Assembly: GCA_022819945.1 (NCBI GenBank)
Contig: JAJEGI010000108.1
Coordinates: 72,880-136,879 of the forward strand
Length of the DNA: 64,000 bases
DNA from: Candidatus Poribacteria bacterium
Lineage (GTDB): Bacteria; Poribacteria; WGA-4E; WGA-3G
Direction of reading: 5' to 3'
In this document: piece after piece, positions 20,219 to 28,901 of the stretch
Layout: each line of letters starts with the position of its first letter
Position numbering within the stretch: the first letter of the stretch is position 1
Position numbers and translations under genes: made by a program
Notes under the pieces: model-generated
Databases searched by the model: none
Seen by the model: the letters and a program-made list of their open reading frames with translations, nothing else
Told to the model about the DNA's origin: nothing

Positions 20219-21199
20219 ATGGCGAAAAAATACCGAGTAGCGATTGTCGGGTGCGGTGGTATATCTAATGCACACGGCAACGCGTGGCGCAACCTGCCAG
20301 AGATTGAGATTGTAGGCGCGTGCGACGAGAAATTTGAATCGCTTAAGCGTTTTGCTACCGAATATAATGTTCAGAGTACTTACAACGATCTCCGACAGAT
20401 GTTGGAGAAACAGGAGCCAGAAATTCTGGTAGTCGCCACGTGGCCCTCAAGCCATCTCAAAAATGTGCTGGAGGCGGTGCGGTGTAATGTCAAAGGCATT
20501 CTTGTTGAAAAACCGATCACTGTTAACACTACGCAATTGGAACAGATGATTCAAGTCACAGAGAACGCCAATATCTTATTGATGGAAGCGTTCATGTATC
20601 GGCACCACCCGCTGACACTCGCCGTAAAACAGAAGATTGAAGAAGGCGCAATCGGGGAAGTCCGCTACGCGCGCTCCACTTTCTCAACAGGACTCACAGA
20701 TCGACAAAACTGGCGATTGAGAGGCGACCTCGGTGGCGGTGCTGTCATGGATTTAGGCTGCTACTGCATCAACATCATCCGTTATCTCGTCGGACGAGAA
20801 CCACAGTCCGTCTGGGCGACAGGTAAATTTGAACCAATTAACAACGTCTGGGAAACATTGATCGGAACCTTAGACTTTGGCGACGGCATCACCGGGCAAT
20901 TAGATTGCAGTTTCGGTTGGACGTGGCGTGAATCTTATGAAGTCACTGGCACGGACGGCACGCTCTTTGTTCACAGCGCATGGGGCAATTCGGAAGGTGA
21001 AACTCACTTTACTATAAACGGTGAAACCTTTAGCGTTAGTGGCGTGAATCCCTACGCCGCTGAAATTTTGAATCTCTGTCAAGCTGTAGAAAGCGGCACG
21101 CCGACCCGATTACCTATATCGGACGCACTCGGAAATATGCGAACCATTGATGCATTACACGAATCCGCGCATACGGGAGAAAGGCGCAAAGTGGGCTAA
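20219..21199 (+). CDS. Gfo/Idh/MocA family oxidoreductase
   Basis: RVAIVGCGGISNAH and VEKPIT motifs. Confidence 0.85.
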   Translation: MAKKYRVAIVGCGGISNAHGNAWRNLPEIEIVGACDEKFESLKRFATEYNVQSTYNDLRQMLEKQEPEILVVATWPSSHLKNVLEAVRCNVKGILVEKPITVNTTQLEQMIQVTENANILLMEAFMYRHHPLTLAVKQKIEEGAIGEVRYARSTFSTGLTDRQNWRLRGDLGGGAVMDLGCYCINIIRYLVGREPQSVWATGKFEPINNVWETLIGTLDFGDGITGQLDCSFGWTWRESYEVTGTDGTLFVHSAWGNSEGETHFTINGETFSVSGVNPYAAEILNLCQAVESGTPTRLPISDALGNMRTIDALHESAHTGERRKVG

Positions 21200-21257
21200 A
21201 GTTTTCTTAATCGTTGCGGACAACCAACACAATATCCACACGAATGCAGGTAAAACT

Positions 21258-23675
21258 ATGTTTGAAAAAATAATGAAGTATCCCATTGATGTTTTTCGAG
21301 AAGGCGATTTTTCGTTTGGGGTACCGTTGCCAGGGCTTCTTATTGCCGTTCTGCTTGCCGCACTTGTTGCCGCTACGATTTGGGCATATCGGCGTACACA
21401 GGGACGTATTCAACGCGGGTTCCGCGGGTTCCTCATTTTTCTTCGGACAATCGTACTCTGTCTGCTTGCCTTTTGTCTACTCAAACCGTTCCTCACAATT
21501 TACCAAACCAATCCAGACGACTCCTATCTATTGGTAATGGTTGACCAATCCAAAAGCATGCAAATTACGGATTCTCCTGATTCAGAGACACGTTTGCAGC
21601 GCGTCAATCAGTTGCTCTTTGCGGAAGAGGAAGGTCTCCTTGAAAAACTGAACGCCAAATTCAAAGTACGACTTTTTGCGTTTGACACTACAGCAAAACG
21701 CATTTCCAGTCAGGCACTAACGCGGGCAGAAAGCGAAAACACCGACATCCCACAGGCGTTAAACGAAGCACTCGATGATTTGCAGGGAATCCCGCTCTCC
21801 GGTGCCGTTGTTTTAACAGATGGCGCGGATAGAAGCGGCACTGATATCACGAAATTCGCAATGCAAATTCGAGAACAGAAATTGCCTATCCACACCGTTG
21901 GAGTCGGTTCGGAAACAGGCAACCCAGACCTCGAAATCGTCAAATTGGACGTTCCCCGCACGGCAGAAGAAGATTTCCCTGTCGAAATATGGGCGACTGT
22001 AAAACGGAAAGGATTTAACGGTAAAAAGGTTAACCTCCAATTAAGAAACGACACACGGGTACTAAAAAGTGAGTCTGTTGACATGGATGAAGGCACTCCT
22101 TGGATACCGCAAATCCGTGGAACAGACGCAGCTCTTGATGTAAAAACAAAACGCGTGCTGCTGAAATTCACGCCTCGCCAAGCGGGGACCCAAAAATTTG
22201 AGGTACATACGGAGTTAGGAGAAACCGAAGCGGTGCCACAAAACAATACAAAAACGTTTTTGCTGAAGGTCGCCCCTACCAAACGTGTGAAAATCCTGTT
22301 TGCCGATGGCAAGCCGCGCGCTGAATTTGGGTTCATAAAACGGACGCTGAAAAAGGATCCAAATATCCAATTAACCGACCGGATCTTGACAAAACTCTCA
22401 GCTGATGGCAGCAGAAATTACCTCGGCACTCGCACCGCAACATCGCACGATTTTGATTTTTATCCAGATGATAAAGAGACGCTCTTCGATTTTGATGCTA
22501 TCATCTTAGGCAACGTGGATGCCTCCCAATTTACACCAGCGCAACTTGAAAATACACTTGAGTTTGTACGCACCCGCGGCGGTGGATTGCTTATATTAGG
22601 CGGTTCAAACTCCTTGGGTAACCACGAACTCGCTGGGGCCTATATCAACACGCCAATTGCGCAGTGCCTGCCAGTAGAATTGGAACTCGGACCCGCACCA
22701 ACACCAATAGCACCGAGGCGGCGCACTCGGTCCGTTACCGGTTCACAGTCCGCCCAAAATGAGTATAAATTGCAACTGACACCAGAGGGGAAGGTCGAAA
22801 ATTTGATGGCACTGGCTGACACACCTACCGAAAATTTGGAACGCTGGAAGATCTTACCCACGCTGAAAGGGTATAGTAAGGTGAAACGCGCGAAAGCAGG
22901 CGCACTGGTTTTGGCAGAACACCCAACCGATCGGAATGAATTCGGGAACCGGATCCTCATCGCAATCCATAATTATAACGCGGGACGCGTCATGGTATTT
23001 ACGCCACACACTTCCCGGCGATGGCAGATGATACCCTCCCACGAAAACGGTAATCAACGATTCTGGCATCAAGAGGACAGTCCGGAACGGTTCTGGCGAC
23101 AGGTTGCCAGATGGTTAACAACTGCACCGAAAGAACATATTCAGCTTGATATCGCGAAAACAGCTTACACGTTGAAAGAACCTGTTATAATTGAGGTTAC
23201 CGCCACAGACGAGCAATTCCAATTGACGAACAACGCAAGAGTCCGAGCCGTAGTCGTTGACGAAGCAGGAAAACGCAAAGAATTAAAACTTGAACAGGTC
23301 CTCGGTAAAGATGGACTCTACACGGCGCGTTTCATTCCAAATCGATTTGGCGAATACACCGTCACCGCAACCGGCACCCTTAACGGCGAAAACCTTGGCG
23401 AACAACAGACCCTTTTTGAGGTGAAAGCATCTTATGCCGAATTCAGTAACGCTGAACTTAACGCCGCCCTTCTTAAAACACTCGCTGAAGGGAGTGGTGG
23501 AAAGTACTATGCCATGGAAGAGGCAGCCCAACTCGTGAATCAGATCCCTCTCGTCGAAAGCGCGACATCAAAAATTACGGATGTTGACGTCTGGAATATT
23601 CCGCTCATTTTTGGAGCCGTGATCGCATTGCTTGGATTTGAATGGTTCCTAAGAAAACGGGGCGGCTTGGTATAA
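21258..23675 (+). CDS. BatA-like membrane protein with VWA-like and GATase1-like (DUF1355-type) domains
   Basis: Two N-terminal TM segments, LLVMVDQSKSM (VWA MIDAS-like), FDAIILGNVD...RGGGLLILGG and a C-terminal TM segment. Start placed at MFEKIMKYP (21258), which avoids overlap with the upstream gene. Confidence 0.6.
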   Translation: MFEKIMKYPIDVFREGDFSFGVPLPGLLIAVLLAALVAATIWAYRRTQGRIQRGFRGFLIFLRTIVLCLLAFCLLKPFLTIYQTNPDDSYLLVMVDQSKSMQITDSPDSETRLQRVNQLLFAEEEGLLEKLNAKFKVRLFAFDTTAKRISSQALTRAESENTDIPQALNEALDDLQGIPLSGAVVLTDGADRSGTDITKFAMQIREQKLPIHTVGVGSETGNPDLEIVKLDVPRTAEEDFPVEIWATVKRKGFNGKKVNLQLRNDTRVLKSESVDMDEGTPWIPQIRGTDAALDVKTKRVLLKFTPRQAGTQKFEVHTELGETEAVPQNNTKTFLLKVAPTKRVKILFADGKPRAEFGFIKRTLKKDPNIQLTDRILTKLSADGSRNYLGTRTATSHDFDFYPDDKETLFDFDAIILGNVDASQFTPAQLENTLEFVRTRGGGLLILGGSNSLGNHELAGAYINTPIAQCLPVELELGPAPTPIAPRRRTRSVTGSQSAQNEYKLQLTPEGKVENLMALADTPTENLERWKILPTLKGYSKVKRAKAGALVLAEHPTDRNEFGNRILIAIHNYNAGRVMVFTPHTSRRWQMIPSHENGNQRFWHQEDSPERFWRQVARWLTTAPKEHIQLDIAKTAYTLKEPVIIEVTATDEQFQLTNNARVRAVVVDEAGKRKELKLEQVLGKDGLYTARFIPNRFGEYTVTATGTLNGENLGEQQTLFEVKASYAEFSNAELNAALLKTLAEGSGGKYYAMEEAAQLVNQIPLVESATSKITDVDVWNIPLIFGAVIALLGFEWFLRKRGGLV

Positions 23676-23698
23676 GACATCAAAAAAGGAGTGAAGGC

Positions 23699-24187
23699 AT
23701 GACACAACAAGAACTTCACAAAATCACGCAGGGTATTCGCGCACCCGAACAAGTCTCCATGACATTGGCGGAATTTCTTGAGAACGATATAGACGGATAC
23801 GAATACGTTAAAGGAGAATTAGTGCCGATGTCGCCACCAACGAGAATACATAGCAAGGTTAATGTTAACGTTATCCGGCATTTGGACCGGTATGTACGTG
23901 AGAATCAGTTAGGGGAGGGCCATGTAGAAGCAACTTTTCAGGTCGGTGAACGTGCGCTGAAGCCAGATGTAGCGTTTGTTTCAACTTCCGGGCTTACTGG
24001 AGACGAAAACACAGGTTTCCCGATACCGCCCGATTTGGCGATTGAGGTGGTTTCACCGACAGACGTTCAGTGGTGTGTTGTAGACAAAGCGTTTGTCTAT
24101 CTGAACGCCGGAACCCGCCTTGTCTGGGTTCTGGATCCCCGCTCCAAAACGGTGACAGTTTATCGTTCCGATTTATCCGAAAACTAA
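23699..24187 (+). CDS. Uma2 (DUF820) family endonuclease
   Basis: YEYVKGELVPMSPP, KPDVAFVS and PDLAIEVVSPTD motifs. Start at MTQQEL, preceded by AAAGGAG. Confidence 0.85.
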   Translation: MTQQELHKITQGIRAPEQVSMTLAEFLENDIDGYEYVKGELVPMSPPTRIHSKVNVNVIRHLDRYVRENQLGEGHVEATFQVGERALKPDVAFVSTSGLTGDENTGFPIPPDLAIEVVSPTDVQWCVVDKAFVYLNAGTRLVWVLDPRSKTVTVYRSDLSEN

Positions 24188-24248
24188 ATGTTCTAACCGC
24201 TCTGAAAAATGTCTTGACAGGCGCGAATTTATCGGTTATCCTACCACT

Positions 24249-24497
24249 ATGCCACAAGATAAATTGCTCGCAAGAATGAAAAACAATCCACGCGGTGATT
24301 GGAAAATTTCTCACGTTGAAATACTTGCGAAGCGATACGGGTTTCAAATAAGCAGACCTGGACGTGGAGGAAGCCATGTGACTCTACGCCACGATTTAAC
24401 CGGAAATGTGACTATTCCGGCCCGCCGCCCAATTAAACCGGTGTATATTCGGCAACTTGTGCAGATAATTGAGTCCTTGGAGGAAGATGAATCGTGA
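24249..24497 (+). CDS. hicA: HicA-family toxin (YcfA-like mRNA interferase)
   Basis: About 80 aa, GGSHVTLRH motif. Overlaps the downstream HicB start (GTGA). Confidence 0.7.
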   Translation: MPQDKLLARMKNNPRGDWKISHVEILAKRYGFQISRPGRGGSHVTLRHDLTGNVTIPARRPIKPVYIRQLVQIIESLEEDES

Positions 24498-24835
24498 ATA
24501 AACTGAAGTATCCATTTTTGATAAGTGTGCTGTCTGTTGAGGACGACTATCTGACCAAATTCCCTTCGCTACCCCCATATCCATTCCTTATTAGCATATT
24601 GCCTGCAGAGGAAGGTGGTGGTTATTTAATCGAATTCCCAGATCTACCGGGATGTATGTCTGATGGAGAAACGATTGAAGAAACGATAGAAAATGGAAAA
24701 GATGCTGTTTTCTGCTGGATAGAAACAGCGAAAGCGTTTGGTGATGAAATCCCTCAACCCTGCACCACCAGCATTTTCAGTGGACGCTGGTTTCAACAGA
24801 TACCTAAACATATTCATACGCAACTTGCACAGTAG
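24494..24835 (+). CDS. hicB: HicB-family antitoxin, N-terminally duplicated and C-terminally truncated
   Basis: GGYLIEFPDLPGCMSDGETIEETIENGKDAV is a canonical HicB N-domain. The ORF ends at SGRWFQQIPKHIHTQLAQ, i.e. inside the expected RHH DNA-binding motif. Confidence 0.7.
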   Translation: MNKLKYPFLISVLSVEDDYLTKFPSLPPYPFLISILPAEEGGGYLIEFPDLPGCMSDGETIEETIENGKDAVFCWIETAKAFGDEIPQPCTTSIFSGRWFQQIPKHIHTQLAQ

Positions 24836-24855
24836 GCAGAGTAAAAAGGAGGATA

Positions 24856-26214
24856 ATGAACAATTCCTATAAAAACGTAATGTTCGTTATCGCTGACGAT
24901 TGGAGCCGGATCGCAAAGTGTTACGGAAACGATATCATCCGAACACCACACATCGATGCCTTCGCAGAACGTGGCGTCGTCTTTGATCACGCATTCTGAA
25001 CAAGTCCATCGTGTGCAGTAAGCCGCGCATGCATCCTTACCGGACAACACAGCCACACACACGGACAATACGGACATTGCCACGGAATCCACGGATTTCG
25101 CACACATGAATACATGCAATCCGTACCAAAGATTCTGAAGGCAAACGGATTCGCTACGGCGTGTATCGGAAAAAAACACGTCGAACCCAAGAGTGTTTAT
25201 CCATTCGATTTTGAACCGAGAGTCAATGCCCGGAGTCCGGTGGACATGGCAACAAAGGTCACACAATTTCTCGACGAGAATACAGATACGCCTTTTTATC
25301 TCCATATCGGCAGTACGCATCCACATCGAGCAGGCAAAGGATTCGGAAACGACCAGACGCCCGCAGGTATTCAACCCGGTTCCTATGCGCCGGATGAAAT
25401 CATTGTGCCGAATTTCCTGCCGGATGTCCCCGCTGTCCGTGAAGATCTCGCAGATTATTACGAAAGCGTCTCGCGATGGGATGCCGTCGTAGGCGCGGTT
25501 TTAGACGCACTTGACGCTTCTGGACGCGCAGACGAAACCCTCGTTTTTGTCACTACTGACCACGCGATGCCGTTCCCCGGCGCGAAGGCATCAAGCTTCG
25601 ATAGCGGACACCACTGCCCACTGCTGATTTCCAGTCCCACGCAACAAAAACACGGGTTCCATAATCAGGCACTCGTCAACTGGGTAGATTTCTGCCCAAC
25701 GATGTTGGATTGGTGTGGTGTTACGCACCCCGACGGAGATGACGCACTTCCGGGCAGGTCAATCCTATCCATCCTCGAAGACGACAGCGCACAACCGGGC
25801 AACGGTGAATGGGAGGAAACCTATTTCTCGCACTGCTTCCACGAAGTAACGAATTATTACCCGTATCGCGTCTTACGGGGCAGACGGTATAAATACGTCC
25901 GCAATCTGGCGTACCAACTGGAGACACCGCTCCCAAGCGACCTATTCCGATCAATCTCATGGACAGCCGTACGAGACGATAACGTCCAGCAACTCGGTGA
26001 ACGCCAGCGTACCGAGTTTCTACAACAGAGCCGTGAAGCATTGTTCGATATCCAGAACGACCCGGCGGAATCGCAGAACCTTATTGACGTACCGGAGTTA
26101 CAAGACACCGCCAATGAGATGCGCCAAAAAGTCATCGAATTCAGGCAGAGAACCAAGGATCCGTGGCTTGAGCAGTCCTTCCAAGAAGGCGAAACACAAC
26201 CATTTTTTGTGTAA
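24856..26214 (+). pseudogene. Sulfatase (N-sulfoglucosamine sulfohydrolase-like) interrupted by one in-frame TGA at 24997-24999
   Basis: AAAGGAGG SD and ATG at 24856. N-terminal VMFVIADDW, then HAF-TGA-TSPSCAVSRACILTG, in frame with the 366-aa tracked ORF (IGKKHV..VYPFDF, TTDHAMPFPGAKAS). There are no other stops between 24856 and 26214. Confidence 0.75.
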
Positions 26215-26241
26215 ATCTAACCAAGATAGAAGAAACCCAGA

Positions 26242-26306
26242 TGGAAGATTGGAATGGTGGAAGGATAGGTGCCCCTTCCCCAATCTTCCAGTCTTCCAGT
26301 TTTCCT
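26242..26306. repeat. Intergenic repeat family A, copy 3
   Basis: TGGAAGATTGGAATGGTGGAAGGATAGG...CCCCAATCTTCCAGTCTTCCAGTTTTCC. Confidence 0.6.
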
Positions 26307-26348
26307 ATCTTGGTAATCCTATAATCCTGTAAATCCTGATTCAGACAG

Positions 26349-27344
26349 ATGCAAAAAAACTACGACTTAGAAGCCATGAACGCTCGCATCCAAGCGGATA
26401 GCGGACTCGTCCAACAGATTCTTACAGAGACAGGAAAAGTTATCGTCGGGCAGAACGCGCTATTAGAAGGGCTAATCATCGGGTTGCTCTGCAACGGACA
26501 TATCCTACTTGAAGGCGTACCCGGACTCGCGAAGACAACCGCTGTCAGTGCACTTGCCCAGACCATCGATGCCTCTTTCAATCGCCTTCAGTTTACCCCT
26601 GACTTGCTCCCAGCAGACCTTATCGGCACACTAATTTACGACCAGCAGAAAGGCGAATTTTACACGAAAAAGGGACCGATTTTCGCCAACGTTATCCTCG
26701 CCGATGAGATAAACCGGGCACCCGCAAAAGTACAAAGCGCGCTCCTTGAAGCGATGCAAGAACGGCAGGTAACGATTGGCGGCACGACATATCCACTCGA
26801 TGATCCGTTTCTCGTTTTAGCGACCCAAAATCCGATTGAGCATGAAGGCACCTATCCACTCCCAGAGGCACAAGTAGATAGGTTTATGCTAAAGATTAAG
26901 GTCGACTATCCTTCGCATGCAGAGGAATTACAAATCCTTCGGCGGATGACAACCGAGGAAATCGCCACGATCCAATCGGTGATTTTTCCGAAAGACATTA
27001 TCCGGTTCCGAGAAGTCGTCCGAAACATCTATATGGCAGAGCAATTAGAGAATTATATTGTCGATTTGGTGTGTGCGACGCGCGCACCGGAAGCGTATCA
27101 GTTAGACGAACTCAGCACGCTCATTGAATACGGCGCATCCCCACGCGCGACCATCTTTCTCGCTTTCGCTGCAAGGGCAAGAGCGTTCCTTTCCGAGCGC
27201 GGCTATGTGACCCCAGAGGACATCCACGCCGTCGGCATGGATGTGCTAAGGCATCGGGTAATTATTAGCTACGAAGCGGAGGCAGACGGACGCGATGTCG
27301 AAAGCATTATAGAACAAGTGTTTGCAAAGCTTGAAGTGCCTTGA
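26349..27344 (+). CDS. MoxR-family AAA+ ATPase
   Basis: GHILLEGVPGLAKT (Walker A), ILADEINRAPAKVQSALLEAMQE (Walker B/sensor) and GTYPLPEAQVDRF. Confidence 0.95.
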   Translation: MQKNYDLEAMNARIQADSGLVQQILTETGKVIVGQNALLEGLIIGLLCNGHILLEGVPGLAKTTAVSALAQTIDASFNRLQFTPDLLPADLIGTLIYDQQKGEFYTKKGPIFANVILADEINRAPAKVQSALLEAMQERQVTIGGTTYPLDDPFLVLATQNPIEHEGTYPLPEAQVDRFMLKIKVDYPSHAEELQILRRMTTEEIATIQSVIFPKDIIRFREVVRNIYMAEQLENYIVDLVCATRAPEAYQLDELSTLIEYGASPRATIFLAFAARARAFLSERGYVTPEDIHAVGMDVLRHRVIISYEAEADGRDVESIIEQVFAKLEVP

Positions 27345-27348
27345 ACAA

Positions 27349-28587
27349 TTATTCCTGTGTCTGTCCAGCAACAGCAGATGCCCGCGCACCAACGCCGAGT
27401 ACCGCTAAAAATCCTTCCGAATCCGCATGATCAAAGTCACCGATAGCTTCCATCGACGCTGTCTCCTCAGAATAGAGCGAATGCGGTGCCCCACCCGCGG
27501 CGTAGAATGCTACATTCCCCTTGTAGAGGGCTACCGTGATAGTCCCACTCGCCAAGTCGGTTAGCGGCTGAATAGAAGACAACAACGCCTGCGTAGCAGC
27601 ATCAAACCAGTAACCTTGATAAATCTGTTCAGCGATCGTCGGTGCGACACTATCAAAGTGTCTGCGGGCACGTCTATCTAAAATCAGTTGGAGCAGATAC
27701 TCGTAACACTTCCCAAGCAATTCCATTCCAGGCGATTCATAAACGCCACGACTCTTAATCCCCACAAACCGATTTTCAACGGTGTGAATGCCGATACCGA
27801 TGCCGTTCCGTCCACCGATACGATTCGCCTCCGTCAGACTCTGAAGCGGTGTCACAGGACCACCGTCGACTTCAACAGGTGTTCCTCGCGCAAAAGTAAC
27901 GGTAAAGTGTTCGACATCATCAGGTGCGTCTTTCGGATGGACACCCATACCGGGATTGATAAACCCGGCAGGAGTCTTCAGCGATTCGAGCCGTCCGGCT
28001 TCATGTGTAAGTCCAAGAAGATTTGCGTCGGTTGAGTAGGGCTTCTCGTGTGTGGCAGTAATCGGCAAGTTGTGTGCTTGGCAGAAGTCTATCATCTCTT
28101 TCCTACCGCCAAACTTTTTGAGGAACGTCGGATCCCGCCACGGTGCGTACACAGAAAAGTGGGGGTTGAGCATATTCGTAGCGAGTTGGAACCGGACCTG
28201 ATCATTGCCTCTACCGGTTGCGCCGTGCGTTAAGATGGAAATACCGCGTTTCTCCATCTCCGGTAGGAGTGCCTTCACTGTGACGTGCCGAGCGATGCCT
28301 GTCGTATTCCAATAGCCGCCTTCATACATCGCTTGGCACTGGATAAGACGGATGCCGTCTTCGGCAAGCGCGTCTTTCGCATCTACAACGATAGCGTCTT
28401 CGGCACCACACGCCAACATCCGCTCCCGAATTTCGGAAACGTCCCGTTCATCGGGCTGGCCGAGATCCGCTGTAAAACAGACGACGTTGACCCCGTTATC
28501 GACTAACCACTTAGTGATGGTGCAACTATCCAAGCCACCCGAAACAGCGGCACCAATAGTTTTCCCTTTTAATGCATCAATATTCAA
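27349..28587 (-). CDS. argG: Argininosuccinate synthase
   Basis: AVSGGLDSC P-loop-like motif, GATGRGNDQVRF and IGIKSRGVYE. Confidence 0.95.
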   Translation of the reverse strand: MNIDALKGKTIGAAVSGGLDSCTITKWLVDNGVNVVCFTADLGQPDERDVSEIRERMLACGAEDAIVVDAKDALAEDGIRLIQCQAMYEGGYWNTTGIARHVTVKALLPEMEKRGISILTHGATGRGNDQVRFQLATNMLNPHFSVYAPWRDPTFLKKFGGRKEMIDFCQAHNLPITATHEKPYSTDANLLGLTHEAGRLESLKTPAGFINPGMGVHPKDAPDDVEHFTVTFARGTPVEVDGGPVTPLQSLTEANRIGGRNGIGIGIHTVENRFVGIKSRGVYESPGMELLGKCYEYLLQLILDRRARRHFDSVAPTIAEQIYQGYWFDAATQALLSSIQPLTDLASGTITVALYKGNVAFYAAGGAPHSLYSEETASMEAIGDFDHADSEGFLAVLGVGARASAVAGQTQE

Positions 28588-28684
28588 AAGCAGTCTCCAA
28601 AGTATTATGTTGAGTTATAGCGGAATTATACCACCTTTCGTCGCAGCTTGCAAACCAATATTGAGATGTTCAACAAAGATGTAC

Positions 28685-28721
28685 TTGACAATGCATCCGA
28701 TTATATTGCATAATAATGCAA
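28685..28721 (+). promoter_or_regulatory. Candidate promoter (TTGACA-18 nt-CATAAT) with overlapping palindrome TTGCAT-AATA-ATGCAA
   Basis: The hexamers and the 16-nt palindrome at 28706-28721 were read directly from the sequence. It lies about 180 nt upstream of the 1006-aa ORF, in the divergent argG intergenic region. Confidence 0.4.
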
Positions 28722-28901
28722 ACGGGACGACGGCACCTGCTCCATCCAGAGTAACAAACCTAAAAACAGAAAATAGCGAGACCTTTCTCACCAACTTTTC
28801 ATAAATGACGTTAAGTTCACAATTTCCAAACGACGCTCTCAAATTGTTTTTAAGGTTTCTAAAAACCGATAACGTCCACTCTCTATGGAGATTTTCTCTA
28901 T

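Noticed and set aside
21710-22336. 208-aa minus-strand ORF inside the BatA-like gene
   Set aside because: Shadow ORF. The plus strand carries a continuous 800-aa frame with VWA/GATase-like motifs.
24997-25060. Selenocysteine recoding of the in-frame TGA in the sulfatase
   Set aside because: I could not find a convincing SECIS-like stem-loop immediately downstream. Only the short palindrome GCGCATGC is present. The adjacent CxPxR motif is also degenerate. Pseudogenisation or sequencing error is more parsimonious. It is kept as an alternative to test, not as a call.
24814-25374. 186-aa minus-strand ORF overlapping the sulfatase N-terminus
   Set aside because: It is antisense to a frame with clear sulfatase motifs. 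It is Cys/Val-rich with low-complexity composition and has no SD. This is a typical shadow ORF.
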